In this document: positions 1-14,300 of the stretch, in pieces | How the letters are laid out: each line of letters starts with the position of its first letter | How positions within the stretch are numbered: position 1 is the first letter of the stretch | Source of the DNA: the human T2T-CHM13v2.0 reference genome, Homo sapiens | Assembly (NCBI RefSeq): GCF_009914755.1 | Contig: NC_060928.1 | DNA: 64,000 nucleotides | Direction: 5' to 3' (one strand) | Program-made: the position numbers and the translations under genes | The notes under the pieces: generated by a model | What the model saw: only the letters and a program-made list of their open reading frames with translations | Told to the model about the DNA's origin: nothing | Database searches by the model: none

Positions 1-74
1 AGTATCACATCCCCAAAGACATAAGTGTTTGTACAATATATCTAAGTTTGTGTAATACCAGTAACAGTAAAATA

Positions 75-285
75 CCTTGCAGCTTAATATCTGCCAGTCA
101 CTGTTCTGAGCATGTGCTATGGATTAATCCTCAAAATAATTGTAAATACTGATTCCCATTATTTCCATTTTACAGGTGAGGAAACTGAGCAACAGAGCAG
201 TAAGCAGTTTGTCGAAGATCAGACAACTCCTGCATAGTGGGTCCAAAAGATAAATTCTATTACTCTGATCCAGAATCTTGCTCTG
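75..285 (-). mobile_element. MIR SINE remnant
   Basis: Contains ttttacaggtgaggaaactgag, the reverse complement of the MIR core; flanks are degenerate MIR-like sequence. Confidence 0.8.
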
Positions 286-2937
286 AGACATTCTGTTATC
301 TATTTTTTTGTGTATACCTGGTATAAACTATATATATATATAGTTGCTCTTTATATGACACTCTTGGTTTCTTTAATATAAAATATGAATAAAATGAATA
401 ACAAAGAAATTCTAACATTCCCGTATTTTGTTTTACAGTATGATATGATTCTTATAACTAATTGTTGAAATATTCCTCTGATAATACTGACAATAAAAAA
501 AGACATTTAACTATATTTCTTACAAATGGATGATATGAAGTATATAGTAACAATAACAAAACTTATTTTTAAAAAATCTAACTTTCAGTAGCAGTTAGTA
601 TGTATATTATCTTTGAATAGGATTTTTTTAAAGAAAACATTTAAGACTCTCTAGTACCAGGCTCTTCAATGTTTTCTACCAGGGATATGGGATAGTAAGG
701 CATGACATACACAGCCCCATGGGGAAATGATGCCATGTTTTTCGGGAGCAAATGTTCCTGTAATATGGAGGTGTTTTGAATTATGTATAATTAGAATCAC
801 ATTTCATACAAAGGGAACCCGAGGACATCATGGTGAAGAATGTATGATTTAAAATAAATTCATTTTAATGTAAAAAACATGAGTTGGAAAATACCCTTTG
901 CACTTCGGGTAAGACCACAGACATAGCACCACTTCACTCCATTTGGAGAAGTGTTATGCTGTCTGGTAAATTTAAGTAGAAAAGCTTAAAAATAATTAAC
1001 GGGAAAGATTTTGTATATTGTGAATTGTTAAAGCTCAGAGGATATAGGGTATTTACTCATTACTAAGGAATGTTGTAGCCCAGCCAGCAGTAGTATTCAA
1101 CAATCTTTGTTTTCATTTTTGTGCTTTACTACTTCACTTTCTACTTTATCATTCGACTTTATTTTCCACTTTACTATTTGTCTTCCTAATAATGCATGTC
1201 TTCAGGGGACTATTCCTGGTTGTTCATTCCTTAATCCAGTGGCTGCAATCTATAAGATCAGGAGAATGGTGTTGTCATTGCTATCAGTGTTCTTGCCATC
1301 ACAACCAGGCTATTCGTGATACATTGACAGCTAGACAATGGAGTATAAGTTCTAGCACCTCACAATAAATATTCGTGCCTGTGGAAGCCTGTCCATTTGC
1401 CTTCATTGCTGTAGGAAGAATGGTCAACCCTCCTGGTTCTGTTCAAGTGCATCTCATTAGCTGACCCTATATTGCCTCAAGAAATCTAGCTACAAGTATG
1501 TGAAAGAAATGTCCTTGTTATCATTCAAACCCTGCATATAGGTAACAACATAGAAAGGAAAGAAACAGCTGTAATATGGACATTATCTTGAAGATTAATA
1601 CTAAGAAACAATGTAAAAATAACAAGAAAATATTCTAATCTAGTCCTGAGAGTCACAATAAAAATAAATATTGGAGAAAGTACAATTTTATACAAGTCAT
1701 AACCAAGAATATGCTAAAATCATCTTTGAGCAATAATATAAGCAAAGAATATACATTTACAAAGTATGTAAATGATAAGAGTTTTAGCAATCACTATGGA
1801 ATAATTATAGTATGGGATAACTATGGAATTATTTAGCAATAGATTATGGAGTAAACTATAGAATGTGGTAGGGAAAATGTTACAGGATATCAAAAGAGTC
1901 GACTAAGCATAAATGGCTGTGAAACACCTAAGGCGGGGCTTCACTCATGGTCACATAGCTTAAGAATGATCACTGATTTCTTTGTGAGACAGTAATATTT
2001 ATGCATAACCTAGAATATATATTGCCTTTTACAACAAAAGTTTTTTTGTAACATAGGTAACAAGTTAAATAATGACTGAAAAACTTTTACATATGAAATG
2101 GGGAGCAAGAAGATACTCCTGACTATTCCAATCACAGTTTAGCCGTTAGAAGTATGCATACTCAACAAAACATTTATCATAATATTTTGCTAGTAAAATC
2201 ATTAATAGATTGTCCTCTGTAGTGGTAGAGATAGGTGCTACAATAAATTACTCTGTATTAAGTTTTAGGTACACAGCCTGGCTATTGTGTGCTTTTAATA
2301 TAAAATATTGCATAAAAAGGCATAAGCTAAAATGAGGCAGAATTTATTTGGATACTATTTACTTGATTGTTTTCTCTATCTCGGCAACAGAATATTAGTC
2401 CAATTGTCATGACAGAAATACTCAGTCTACATATAAATATTTAATGAAAATTAGAAAAAATTTTGCTTTAACTTGTGATTTCTACTGATATTTTTTAATT
2501 TTGAAGAAAAAATGGAATATGAGCTCATATCTGTAACATCTATTGATCTATCTATCTAGACTTGTCAAAATTTATTAATACATATATTCAGAGCTTTCAT
2601 CTTAAAAGCTATCCAACAGTTGCTAACTTTTCTTCTATTGTAGAGAAAACATTCTTGTTTGCTTTGAAATATCTTAAACCAGTCTTCCTTCAGAATATTT
2701 ACTAGAATAACATTGAAATGTTTTCCTTTTATATCAATAAGTGTGTATATATTCACACACTAAAAAAATGGTAGGGGAAAACAATCAAAATTAAAGAAGT
2801 GAAAAACAGAGAGATAAACAATCACTGATATAGCACATATGACACATTTGAAACAAGCCCTCTGAGTAGGAATCCAAGACACAACTTTTTTCTTTCATAA
2901 GAACCTACAAATGCTCAAAGTTTTGTAGCACTGGGTT

Positions 2938-3218
2938 CAGATCCACATCTCTTCCAATTCCTTGGCAACAGATGAGTTGCAAAATTCAGAACTTTTGGAT
3001 TTTAGAAAGGTAATATGGTGCGTATATTATGTAACACGTAACACACATTAATACTGCAATGAAACATATAAATAATTCATAGTGAAGAAAAAGCAAAACC
3101 TTATATATAATAGTAAGGTCATAGTTTGTTTCCAAACTCATTATAAAAGCAAAGAAAGATAACAAACAAATAAAAAACCATTAACTTTTGGGTCTGCAGA
3201 TAAGGCATGCTGAACTTT
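2938..3218. mobile_element. MER46C-like (TcMar-Tigger) DNA transposon fossil
   Basis: aattcagaacttttggattttagaaaggtaatatggtg core with degenerate terminal inverted ends; matched from memory. Confidence 0.55.
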
Positions 3219-3287
3219 CGTCTGTGACAGTGTAGAAGGGTAGTGCTCAAAACACGAGGCAAGCCAAAAGCGTTTTAAAAGCATCAA

Positions 3288-3348
3288 AATGCCAGATATC
3301 CTGCCCCATTCTCAGCTAGATAATGCCAGATATCCTGCCCCATTCTCA
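3288..3348 (+). repeat. Exact 27-bp direct repeat with a 7-bp spacer
   Basis: aatgccagatatcctgccccattctca at 3288-3314 and 3322-3348. Confidence 0.95.
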
Positions 3349-3394
3349 TCTTTCCCATATTGAAGAAGATTTATCATATTGATAAAGGAAATGA

Positions 3395-4233
3395 CTGAGA
3401 AGTTAAAAGTGGAGCAATGCATTCAAAATTCACAGAGAAAATGATTTCCAGAACTGTACCCACCTAAGCCATCCATGTAATAATAGGGGTCAAATGAAGA
3501 CATTTCAGGCATAGATATCAAAATATTTTCCATTTTAGGAAGGTACAGAAGGATATATGCAACAAAATGAGACAGTATAAAAAGAAACTACATGGGTTAT
3601 GAAATCAGGGAATGAAATACACATGCCAGCAGGAGCAATCTCCAAGTTAATATAGGGAGTTTAAACTTTGAGAGTTGTGCAAGAAACGGAGAGAGCAGCC
3701 TGTCCAGCAGGCCAGAAAGTTCTAGAGATGCCTTTAAGCTTACAAAACCAATAATGATAAAATGTTACAAAAGTGGTATTTCTTGATGGTTTTGATTTTA
3801 TTTCTGGAGTGGGATTATGACGTGCTGGGATGTGACTTAGTGTTACTTGTGGATAAAATGTTATACATGCCTCTTATATGAACAGTCATAATACGGAGAA
3901 TATATAATCATAAATTACGATACAACTAATTCTGTGGAAATGGGTGAACAGTAGTATGTTGAATGGTGATGGCAGCAGAATGCAGGTGGTGAAGCAGTGA
4001 GTGCTACATCATTATAAAAGTAAAGAACAAATAAGTATGTTACTGTAAACTAGAGATATAAGATAATAAAAAGAAGAAATCTAAATTGTTCAAAGCATTT
4101 GCTTCTGGTGATCAGGAAATGGGGGAAGGATCATGAAAGATTGCTTTTTTCAATTAAATCCTTGTATAATCATTTGATTCTTTAAATATTGTGCATCTAC
4201 ACTATTGATAAATGTATCCTAAATTAAAAAAAA
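3395..4233 (+). mobile_element. HAL1 (half-L1) 3' portion
   Basis: tggagcaatgcattcaaaatt (WSNAFKI, L1 ORF1-like C-terminus), HAL1-type gagagcagcctgtccag motif, A-rich 3' end near 4225. Confidence 0.6.
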
Positions 4234-4269
4234 TAGTAGACTTTAAATTAAGAACTAGTCAAGCCCATT

Positions 4270-4425
4270 GCAGCTAAGTAGACACAGGGTTTATGAAAGG
4301 AATGATGAGAAGAAAATTCAGAAAGACTGTTTGGGGCCTTATCCTGTGAAATATGTGTCAATGTTAGAACACTTTGTTTTAAATGCTACAAGCAATAGGT
4401 ATCATTGAATGACTTTAAATGGAAT
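4270..4425 (-). mobile_element. L2 fragment
   Basis: Degenerate purine-rich L2 antisense sequence ending caataggtatcattgaatgactttaa. Confidence 0.4.
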
Positions 4426-4611
4426 TTATTTTAACTTTCCAGGCCTCCCGTATAGCACTCCTTGAAGAGAAGAAACGCTGTTCTCTCAACCCAGGAAGTA
4501 TTTATTGAACAAGCACTATTTTTTATTTATACATTAAGATCTTCTTTCTGGTTACTAATAAATGTAAAAGATGAGGGATGGGAGGAAGTAAATATATCTA
4601 TTTATTTATAG

Positions 4612-4612
<1 letters not shown>

Positions 4613-4656
<44 letters not shown>
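4613..4656 (+). repeat. (TCTA)11 perfect tetranucleotide STR
   Basis: 11 uninterrupted TCTA units. Confidence 0.97.
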
Positions 4657-4657
<1 letters not shown>

Positions 4658-4912
4658 GAGAAACCATGATGACTAAACTATTTACCTTAAGGCTTTGGAA
4701 ATTCCCGGAGTAAGACACCACATGGCATCTCCATTTAATTCTTTAGTCTTTGATTATGCAAGTGTTTAAAGTACTGTAAGTACAGAATCAATTATCAGTC
4801 TTTGTTAACTCAGAACCTGTTCTGCAAATTACAGCTGCCTACTTAAATTAAACCTCCTCTCTGGACCTACAAAAATATAGCTAAATGATGTCTATGAATA
4901 TTCTTTTTAACT

Positions 4913-5040
4913 AGAGGTTCTCAAACATTAAAGCACATAAGAATCAATCGAAAATCTTATTTAAAATGCAAATTGCAGAATTGCAGAGCCCCATCTCAAG
5001 AGATTCTGATTCAGTACTTCTACTCTGATATCCAAGAATC
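4913..5040 (+). mobile_element. MER5A-like (hAT-Charlie) MITE
   Basis: ggttctcaaac...gaatca...agagattctgattcagta follows the MER5A pattern. Confidence 0.7.
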
Positions 5041-5769
5041 AATCCGTCTCTCCTTCTCTCTCTCTCTCCCTACAAGTCACTATACTTTTCAGGTGGATTA
5101 TAGACAATATTTTAGATGAAAGAAAGAAGACCAAAACAACTCTACATTCCTGTTATGTGTTTATACTCTCTCTGGAAGCTGCATTCTCTTCTTGAAAATA
5201 GGCACAGAACTTTTTAGGGAGAGATTTGTTCTGTGACACCTTCAGCCATAATATTCTTTCATATTATTAAATTCTTACAGTATAACCAAATTAGAGAAAT
5301 CATAATTTATGAAGTTTTTCATATATTTTGAACAATCCTAATAATCCCACCACTCTGTAAAAATTAACATGAATATATTATTTTCCTCATACGAAATATG
5401 TAACAACTGCAAAGATAATATTAAAATATTTTGAAATATTTTAGCAGAAAAAGAAACTTGAGAACATTAAGAGAACCTAAGGAAAATCAATCTACTGGGA
5501 GTAAAAATAAAAGAGTTTGAAAAGTGCTTCTTTGCAAATACGAGACATGTTCTTAGTTAAAATAGAAAACAAACAAAAAAGCAGTCATCAAACAATGTAG
5601 AGTAGTCCAAATAATTTGTGGTCAGCTAATTAATTTGCTAATTAGTAACTTCTTTGCAAATTTCAGTCCCATCTTGGCTTTGTTTCTTAGCAGTTGTAGA
5701 AACAGTATTCTGCAAATGAACCACAATGTAGTGCATAGCCATGGGGAAATCTTGCCATAATCTCTGTTT

Positions 5770-6075
5770 AGTTTCCAATAGGAGAGCCACTAGCTAAATG
5801 TGGCTTACTGGGCAAAGACATATGGCTAATCTACACTGAGATATGCCTCAGGTATAGAACACACACCAACTTTTGAAGACATATTATACCAAAAAAAAAA
5901 AAAAGGAATGTAAACTCTCTTGTTAATACTTTGTGTTACACGCTGAAAAGATAATATTGAGATTTATTGAATTAAACATAACATGATTAAAATTAATTTC
6001 TTAGGTTTCTTTTTTTAACTTTATTATAGCTACTAGAAAACATGAAGTTTCTTATGTGGCTTGCATTAAATTTTG
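5770..6075 (-). mobile_element. MER33 (hAT-Charlie) MITE
   Basis: tccaataggagagccactagctaaatgtggct ... tagctactagaaaa ... atgtggcttgcatta, the reverse complement of the MER33 layout. Confidence 0.75.
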
Positions 6076-6094
6076 GTTGTTTTTTTTCTCATCC

Positions 6095-6370
6095 TTGTTG
6101 AGGAATGATTGAAAAATAAAAATTGCATATATTTAAGCTGTAGAACTTGATGTTTTGATAGACATATATGTTGTGAAATGAATATTACAGTCAAGCTTAT
6201 TAGCATATCATCTGCCATAGTTATGATTCATTTATTTGTGGTGAGAAGACTTAAGATCTACCCTCTTAACAAATCTCAAGTATACAATACAGTATTGTTA
6301 ACTATCGTTGCCATGCTGTGCATTTGATCCTCAGAACTCATTCATCCTGCATAACTGAAACCTTGTAGCT
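6095..6370 (-). mobile_element. Old L1 3' end (L1MA8/9-like)
   Basis: gtgagaagacttaagatctaccctcttaacaaatctcaagtatacaatacagtattgttaacta is typical antisense L1MA 3' UTR. Confidence 0.75.
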
Positions 6371-7698
6371 ATGGCTCTGTAAGGATTATGTCAGACATGA
6401 GTCCCTTTTATGTTATACTGTAATTTGAAAGGATATTAACAGCACCTCCAGTCATGTTTCTTCATCCCTCCTATCATTCTATCACTGACTATGAAGTTTT
6501 GAAGACAGCAGCTACGGTGGAGATGTAGGCAGAAGCCTTTTCTGCTCTTCTTTTATTGGGTTTTTCCCTGCCCTGCCCTCCCTTGGCAGTTGGCCTTTTC
6601 TTTGTCTCTGCCTTCAGAAGTGATGGCTCTGTCCTGGCTTCTATCCTCAAATGATTCTTCATTCTGGAGGTTCTGCAACAACTGCTTCCTCAACTTCAAG
6701 TATAGAAATTAGATAAACTTGGTTTTACTTTTTACCTTAAGCCAGGTTCTAATTAAAAGGCAAAACAAAACAAAAAAAAAGTAGCCATTCTTATTCATAA
6801 CCGCAGCAAATTGATATTTAGTTTGCCCATCTTGATTTGTCTAATACATAAGTGTATCAGGCTAAACTGAATTGGCATAATATCTAAAATTACTAATTCC
6901 AGAGAAAAGGTGTCTGAAAGACTGAAAATAATTTTTCCCTAGGAAGAAATGGTTTGCCAAGCAAATTAATAATGTAAAAGTTTTTCAGAGCTAATTACAA
7001 CCCTTTCTTATTTGATCATTAAAACAGTTTTCCTTTGTTAGGCAATATTTTGTTAACCTAGTTTAGTCAGAGTGCGCATTAATGAAACTGAATTTTTTCA
7101 AAATATGGTATATTATTCGGTCATTATTTTTCTACTAAGAATAAACTTTACTAGAATTATTAAAAATAAATAAGACTTTAAAAATTACCTTAGTTTTTGC
7201 AGAGTGCTATTTCTTTAAAAAATTCTTTAAAAAATTCAGAATGAAATTGCAATTTATAAGTTTTGTTGAGTATTTACCCAAAGTTTGATTATCTTGGCCT
7301 GGGGAATAGCTTGAGGTTCAGATAAAATGTGACTTCAAAATGCAAACCTAGTCTGAATAATTAAGATTTAAATGTACTTTTACCTTAAATAGATAATATA
7401 AAAAAACTTAACTCTGGATTAGCATACATTTTCCTGAATCTTCTTTTCAGCTATAATCCAGACCAATATGCAAACAACATATATAAATATGAAATCACAT
7501 TTCAGCACATCCAATATTATTCTGCCATTATAATTGCTAATCCCGAAATAATTCTGGCAGCAAGGAAGAGGATCTCTAGGGCGTCCCAAAACTACTCAAA
7601 ATAAAGTGATATGTTAATAGAGAACTGCAGAGAAGCATGTCCCTGGCATGACTGGAGTCAGGCTGGTAATCTAGCAGCAAAGGTTGGCTGAGAGCTGA

Positions 7699-8696
<998 letters not shown>

Positions 8697-8829
8697 GTCC
8701 CAGTGATGGGTCTGCCTCATTCTTTCCATCTCCTCCCATTCTTTTGTCTCCCTTGACTTTTTGCTGTTATCTGTAGTTATCCTAAAGAAGTGGTAAATCC
8801 AAGAATAAAATTCTTACACGAAGGTCTGA

Positions 8830-9200
8830 CCTATTACTGCACATTCTAGAACTCTGCCTGGAATGTCCTCAATTCATTTCTCCTTTTTCTCCTGGAAAAT
8901 TTCTTCTACTGCAGTCCTCAACCTATATACTTTAGAAAGAGTCCTCTGATGAATGCGATTGAATTAGATGTCTGTTTTTTTTTTTTTCTTTACACAGCTT
9001 ACACAGGTTTTTATACCTAGCCTGACTGTAGTTATTCTGACTGCAGTATAAATGCCTGTTTCATTACATTTGCGTTTCTAATCTCCCTAAGGGCCTGCTC
9101 TGTGTCTTGTTCATTATTATCTCCCAGTATCTAGCACAGAGCTTACCACATATTTATTGTTTATTAATATTTTCTTATTATGTTACCAAATAAGTGAAAT
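8830..9200 (+). mobile_element. L2 3' end fragment
   Basis: ctctgcctggaatgtcct ... tgtgtcttgttcattattatctcccagtatctagcacaga. Confidence 0.65.
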
Positions 9201-10919
9201 AATAAATACCTAGGCCCCATATTCACTAGAAATTAGCATGCCCCATTAACCAAAACAGAAGACAAATTGTATTAGAAAAACCTGTGCATTCATGGCCTAG
9301 GAATGTCTGAAAAGTAACCCAGTGCAGCCCTTATGGACCACATCCACAAAATTGTGTTGAGATGGAAATGGTAATGTGATTTGACTGATGCCATTAAAGC
9401 ATTCACTGCCCAGGTCAAGAGTAATGGCTTAGAAACTCAGCAGAGCTCCACCTCTGATAGGTAAGGATACTAGCAGCAGGTATGCAAGTCAGAAGAGGCA
9501 CAGAGATAGGAAAGTCCAGGACTGCTTATTTCATTAGTCACCACATTGTGTTTCATGCTATTGTCATGAACCTGATTACCACTCTGTCCAACATTATTTC
9601 ATACCTGTTCCTTTTAATTTCCTATTTTTATATCTTCAGTTTTCCATCTACCTTCAATCAATTTAAGATTGTATCACAATTTCTTAATTCTTATTGTATT
9701 CATTCTATCATATCTAAATGGGACACTCAGCCTGTGCCTTTTTCTTTTGCAAATTACTCTAACAGAATTCTATTACTGAGAAACATTTCCAAAATTTAGC
9801 CTCCTGATTAAAAACTTGCAAAGTTTTAATGAACTTCACTACCCAAGAGACTGCTTTTACTACCGTATCAAAACAATGCAGATTGTGAAGATAGATAATG
9901 ATAAGATTGGCAAAAGATTCTGGATGAACTCTTGAAGCTGATTAAACTGGGCCACCTGTTTTACAAAGTTCATTTTGCATTGGTATGTGTTTCATCTAGT
10001 CAGGTAACAATTGCCTGGCTTAATTGCATCAGTATGTGATTTTTCTGACCAGGGCAAATAGGATATGCCTTTGGAGAGAAAAATGTCTTAAAATGTTTGT
10101 TTATTCTATTTAATGTTCAAGGCTATTGAAAGACAATACATGTGAAGTATTAATATAAGGACCACTAAAAGTTTTTTCAAAAAGCTAACTCTGGATATGT
10201 GGTCATTATTATATTTAATGAGCTGTCATATATTTTTTGAAAGTAACATTAAAATATTATAAAAAGATACTATAAATTGTAGAGCAATAATGAAATTCCA
10301 AAAAAGAGCATAACTTTATGATACATTTTTAGATATTCATTCATAATTTAGATTGCTTAACATAAGCTTTATTTTGTTCTTAAAGTCTTTTTCTGTACTT
10401 TTGCTGTTGTTTTTGCTGTTATTATGGGACAAAATAATCTTCCCACAAATAAATGTGGTGTGACTATTATTAAATATTTTTTATGATCTGGGTTATGAAT
10501 ACCAATTATTGATATTATTAACTTCTATTGTTTTTACTTCTATGTATCAGCTATATGCGGATTTTATTGAAAAAAAAGTGGATTCCTGCATGGTATCTGC
10601 TTTCCTCTTTCTCTTCTAACGATACCTTTAGGGGTAAGTTAACGTGTGTAGTGTGTATGAGTTGGTGGAAGTGGGTGGTAAAAATACAGGAAATTATGCC
10701 TGATTACTTGCTTAGCTTGCATTTGGCAGTCAAAGCTAGTATTCAAACACAACCCTGGGCTAGATGAGGAAGAGGCAGTGTGTTGAGGGGAAGTACTGCA
10801 GGGAAAAAGCAGGGAGATACTGCTGAAAAGAGGTAAGAACAATTTATCATGCTTTTTATTCCATTGCTCAGTTACTACGGCAAGAACAAATCAGAGTGGA
10901 CTAACACTCCATGCCCCTT

Positions 10920-11035
10920 ATTCATTTGTTTAACCATTACGTATTGAGTGCCAATTATAGAAAAAGCATTGGTTTAGGCACTAGACATCTAGCAAGAAAA
11001 GAAAAATAACTACTGTCTCACAAAGGTTCATTTTC
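10920..11035 (-). mobile_element. L2 3' end fragment
   Basis: ttcatttgtttaaccattacgtattgagtgcc...ttaggcactagacat. Confidence 0.55.
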
Positions 11036-11988
11036 CCATCTTAAGGAAGCAGTACAACTGAAGGTTTGCAAAGTAGCACTTCCCCAATCCAGCTCTGAAG
11101 ATTTGCTGTGATGAGCTACGATGAATGCATAACTTCACACCATGTGCCTTTATAAGTTTGCCTTATGGTTCCACTTCAAAATATTCAGTTCACATGGCTA
11201 ATTAGCATATTTATATATCTATAATATATTATGAGTATTTATGCTACATATTGTCTCTTTGTAACTCCAAGTTCTATATCATGATAAGATGACCTGATTT
11301 CTAGTCATGCATCTAGGAGTTATGTGTGAGCTGCTTGACTTAATGCTCTTTAGTTCTTGCATCTTTAAAATGTGCATGGTAGTAGAGTAAAATTTAATTT
11401 CTACTGAGTGGATCAGGATGAATATTATTTCATAAAAGTGGATCTTCTCTAAGGGTGGAAATACATATGAACCATTTAATGAAATAATTATACACAGGGG
11501 AAGGGGTGTGGCAGGGAGAGGAAGTCCTCTATTCTACTTAAATAAAGGGGATAGCACCTTCCTGTTTTTATTTTTCTTATTTTACTTTCTGTGAATGAAT
11601 TATAATGCAAAACACCTCAATAAAAGAACTAAATTAAAGATCTACAATAGTCCTAAATGCTTCTGTCTGATCACATGTACTGTCAAGCTGTTATTTCTAG
11701 TGTGAGAGTTGACAGGCATATAAGAACCAGTTCTCTTTCTTGTTCTCCCCTCCCTTCCTCCTCTATAAGTATTCTCCTTTCTATTAATACTGTAGGCTCT
11801 TGAGAGAGCTCAGGCTAACTGAGCCAAATTTCATGAGACACCTATTAAAAGGTTTCTCCATCAAATCTCCTGGAAAGGGAAGAAGCCCTACTGGCCATAT
11901 TCCGTTGTAATTCAACTATGTCTGACAAATGAAAATATTTTAAAATATCAGTTTTCAAAGTGAATTTAACAAATAAATTAATGAATAT

Positions 11989-14300
11989 TTACGTGGTTTG
12001 GCTGTGTTATTACCCAAATCTCGTCTTGAATTGTAGTTCCCATAATCCCCACATGTTGTGAGAGGGACCCAGTGGGAGGTAACTGAATCATGGGGGCAGT
12101 TACCCCCATGCTATTCTCATGATAGTGAGTGAGTTCTCATGAGATCTGACGGTTTTATAAATGTCTGGCATTTCCCCTGGTGGCATTCATTCTCTCTCCT
12201 GCCACCCTGTGAAGTGGCGCCCTCTGTAATAATTCTAAGTTTCCTGAGGCCTCCCCTGCCGTGTGGAACTGTGAGTCAGTTAAACCTCTTTCCTTTATAA
12301 ATTACCAGTCTCGGGTATGTTCTTATAGCAGCATGAGAACAGACTAATACACTAAATTGGTACCAGGAGTGAAGTGCTCTTATAATGATACCTGAAAAGG
12401 TGGAGGTGACTTTGGAACTGGGTAACAGGCAGAGATTGGAAAAGTTTGCAGAGCTCAGAAGACAGGAAAATGTGGGAAAGTTTGGAATTTTCTAGAGACT
12501 TGGAAGGCTCAGAAGACAGGAAGATGTGGGAAAGTTTGGAACTTCCTAGAGACTTGTTGAATGGCTTTGCCCAAAATGCTGATATTGATAAGGACAATGA
12601 AGTACAGGCTGATGTGAGCTCAGATGGAGATGAGGAGCTTGTTGTGAACTGCAATAAAGGTGATTCTTGCTATGCTTTAGCAAAAAGACTGCAGCATTTT
12701 GCCCCTGCCCCAGAGACCTGTGGAACTTTGAACGTGAGAGAAATGATTTAGGGTATCTGGTGGAAGAAATTTTTAAGCAAAAAAGCATTCAAGAGGAAGC
12801 AGAGCATAAAAGTTTGAAAAATTTGCAGCCTGGTGATGCAATAGAAAAGAAAACCCATTTTCTGGGGAGAAATTCAAGCCTGCTTTAGAAAATTGCTTAA
12901 ACAATGAGGAACAGAATGTTAATCACCAAGACAATGGGAAAAATGTCTCCAGGGCATGTTAGAGACTTTCGGGGGATGCCCCTCCCATCATAGCCCCAGA
13001 GGCCTAAGAGGAAAAAATTGCTACCTGGGCCAGGCCCAAGGCCCCCTGCTCTGTGAAGCCTCAGGACACAGTGCCCTTTGTCCAGCAGCTTCAGCTTCAG
13101 CCATGACTGGAAGGGCCAAGGTACAGCTCGGGCCATTGCTTTAGAGTGTGCAATCCCCAAGTCTTGGTGGCTTCCACATGGTGTTCAGTATGTGGGTGCA
13201 CAGAAGTCAAGAATTCAGGTTCAGAAAGCTCTGCCTGGATTTCAGATTATATATTGCCATGCCTGGATGTCCAGGCAGAACTTTGCTACAGGGGCAGAGC
13301 CCTCCTGGAGAACCTCTGCTAGCACAGTGCAAAAGGGAAATGTGGGGTCACAGCCCCCACACAGAGTACCCATTAGGGCACTGCCTAATGGAGCTGTGAG
13401 AAGAGGGCCACTATCCTCCAGACCCCAGAATGGTAAGATCCATCAACAGCTTGCCATGTGCCTGGAAAAGTTGCAGACACTAAAGGCCAGCCTGTGAAAG
13501 CAGCTGGGAGGAAGACTGTACCCTGCAAAACCACAGGCATGGAGCTTCCTGAGGTTTTAGGAGCTCATCTCTTGCATCAGCATGACCTGGATGTGAGACA
13601 TGGAGTCAAAGAGGATCATTTTCAAACCTTAAGTTTGAATTATGGCTCTATTGGATTTTGGACTTGCCTGGGGCCTGTAGCCCCTTTGTTTTGGCCAGTT
13701 TCTCTGATTTGGAATGGTATATTTATCCAGTGCCTGTACCCCCATTGTATCTAGGAAGTAACTAACTTGAATTTGATTATATAGGCTCCTAGGTGGAAGG
13801 GATTTGTCTTGTCTTAGATGAGACTTTGGATTTGGACTTTTGGGTTAATACTGGAATGAGTTAAGACTTTGGAAGACTGTTCGAAAGGCATGATTATGTT
13901 TTGAAATGTGAGGACATGAGATTTGGAAGAATCCAGGAGTGGAATGATATGGTTTGGCTGTGTCCCACCCAACTCGCATCTTGAATTATAGTTCCCATAA
14001 TCCCATGTGTTGTGGGAGGGAGCCATTGAGAGGTAATTGAACCATGGGGCAGATATCCCCATGCTGTTCTCGTGATAGTGAGTTCTCACAAGATCTAATG
14101 GTTTTATGAGACTCTGACATTTCCCTGCTGGCATTCATTCTGTCTCCTGCTGTCCTGTGAGGAGGTACCTTTCACCATGATTGTAAGTTTCCTGAGGCCT
14201 CCGCAGCCATGTGGAATTGTGAGTCAACTAAACCTCTTTCCTTTATAAATCATCTAGTCTCGAGCATGCCCTTATAGTAGCATGAGAATGGACTAATAAA
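11989..14300 (+). mobile_element. Complete THE1D-like MaLR provirus (LTR 11989-12351, internal 12352-13944, LTR 13945-14300)
   Basis: Two ~360-bp LTRs; internal region starts taaattggtacc; 5-bp TSD aatat/aatac; internal ORF remnants such as [17 protein letters not shown]. Confidence 0.93.

Noticed and set aside
9405-9490. Donor-like sites ag/gtaagg and ag/gtatgc
   Set aside because: No convincing acceptor or coding frame; such motifs are common by chance
12352-13754. Cluster of ORFs in the first THE1 internal region
   Set aside because: Fragmented MaLR internal ORF with stops and frameshifts
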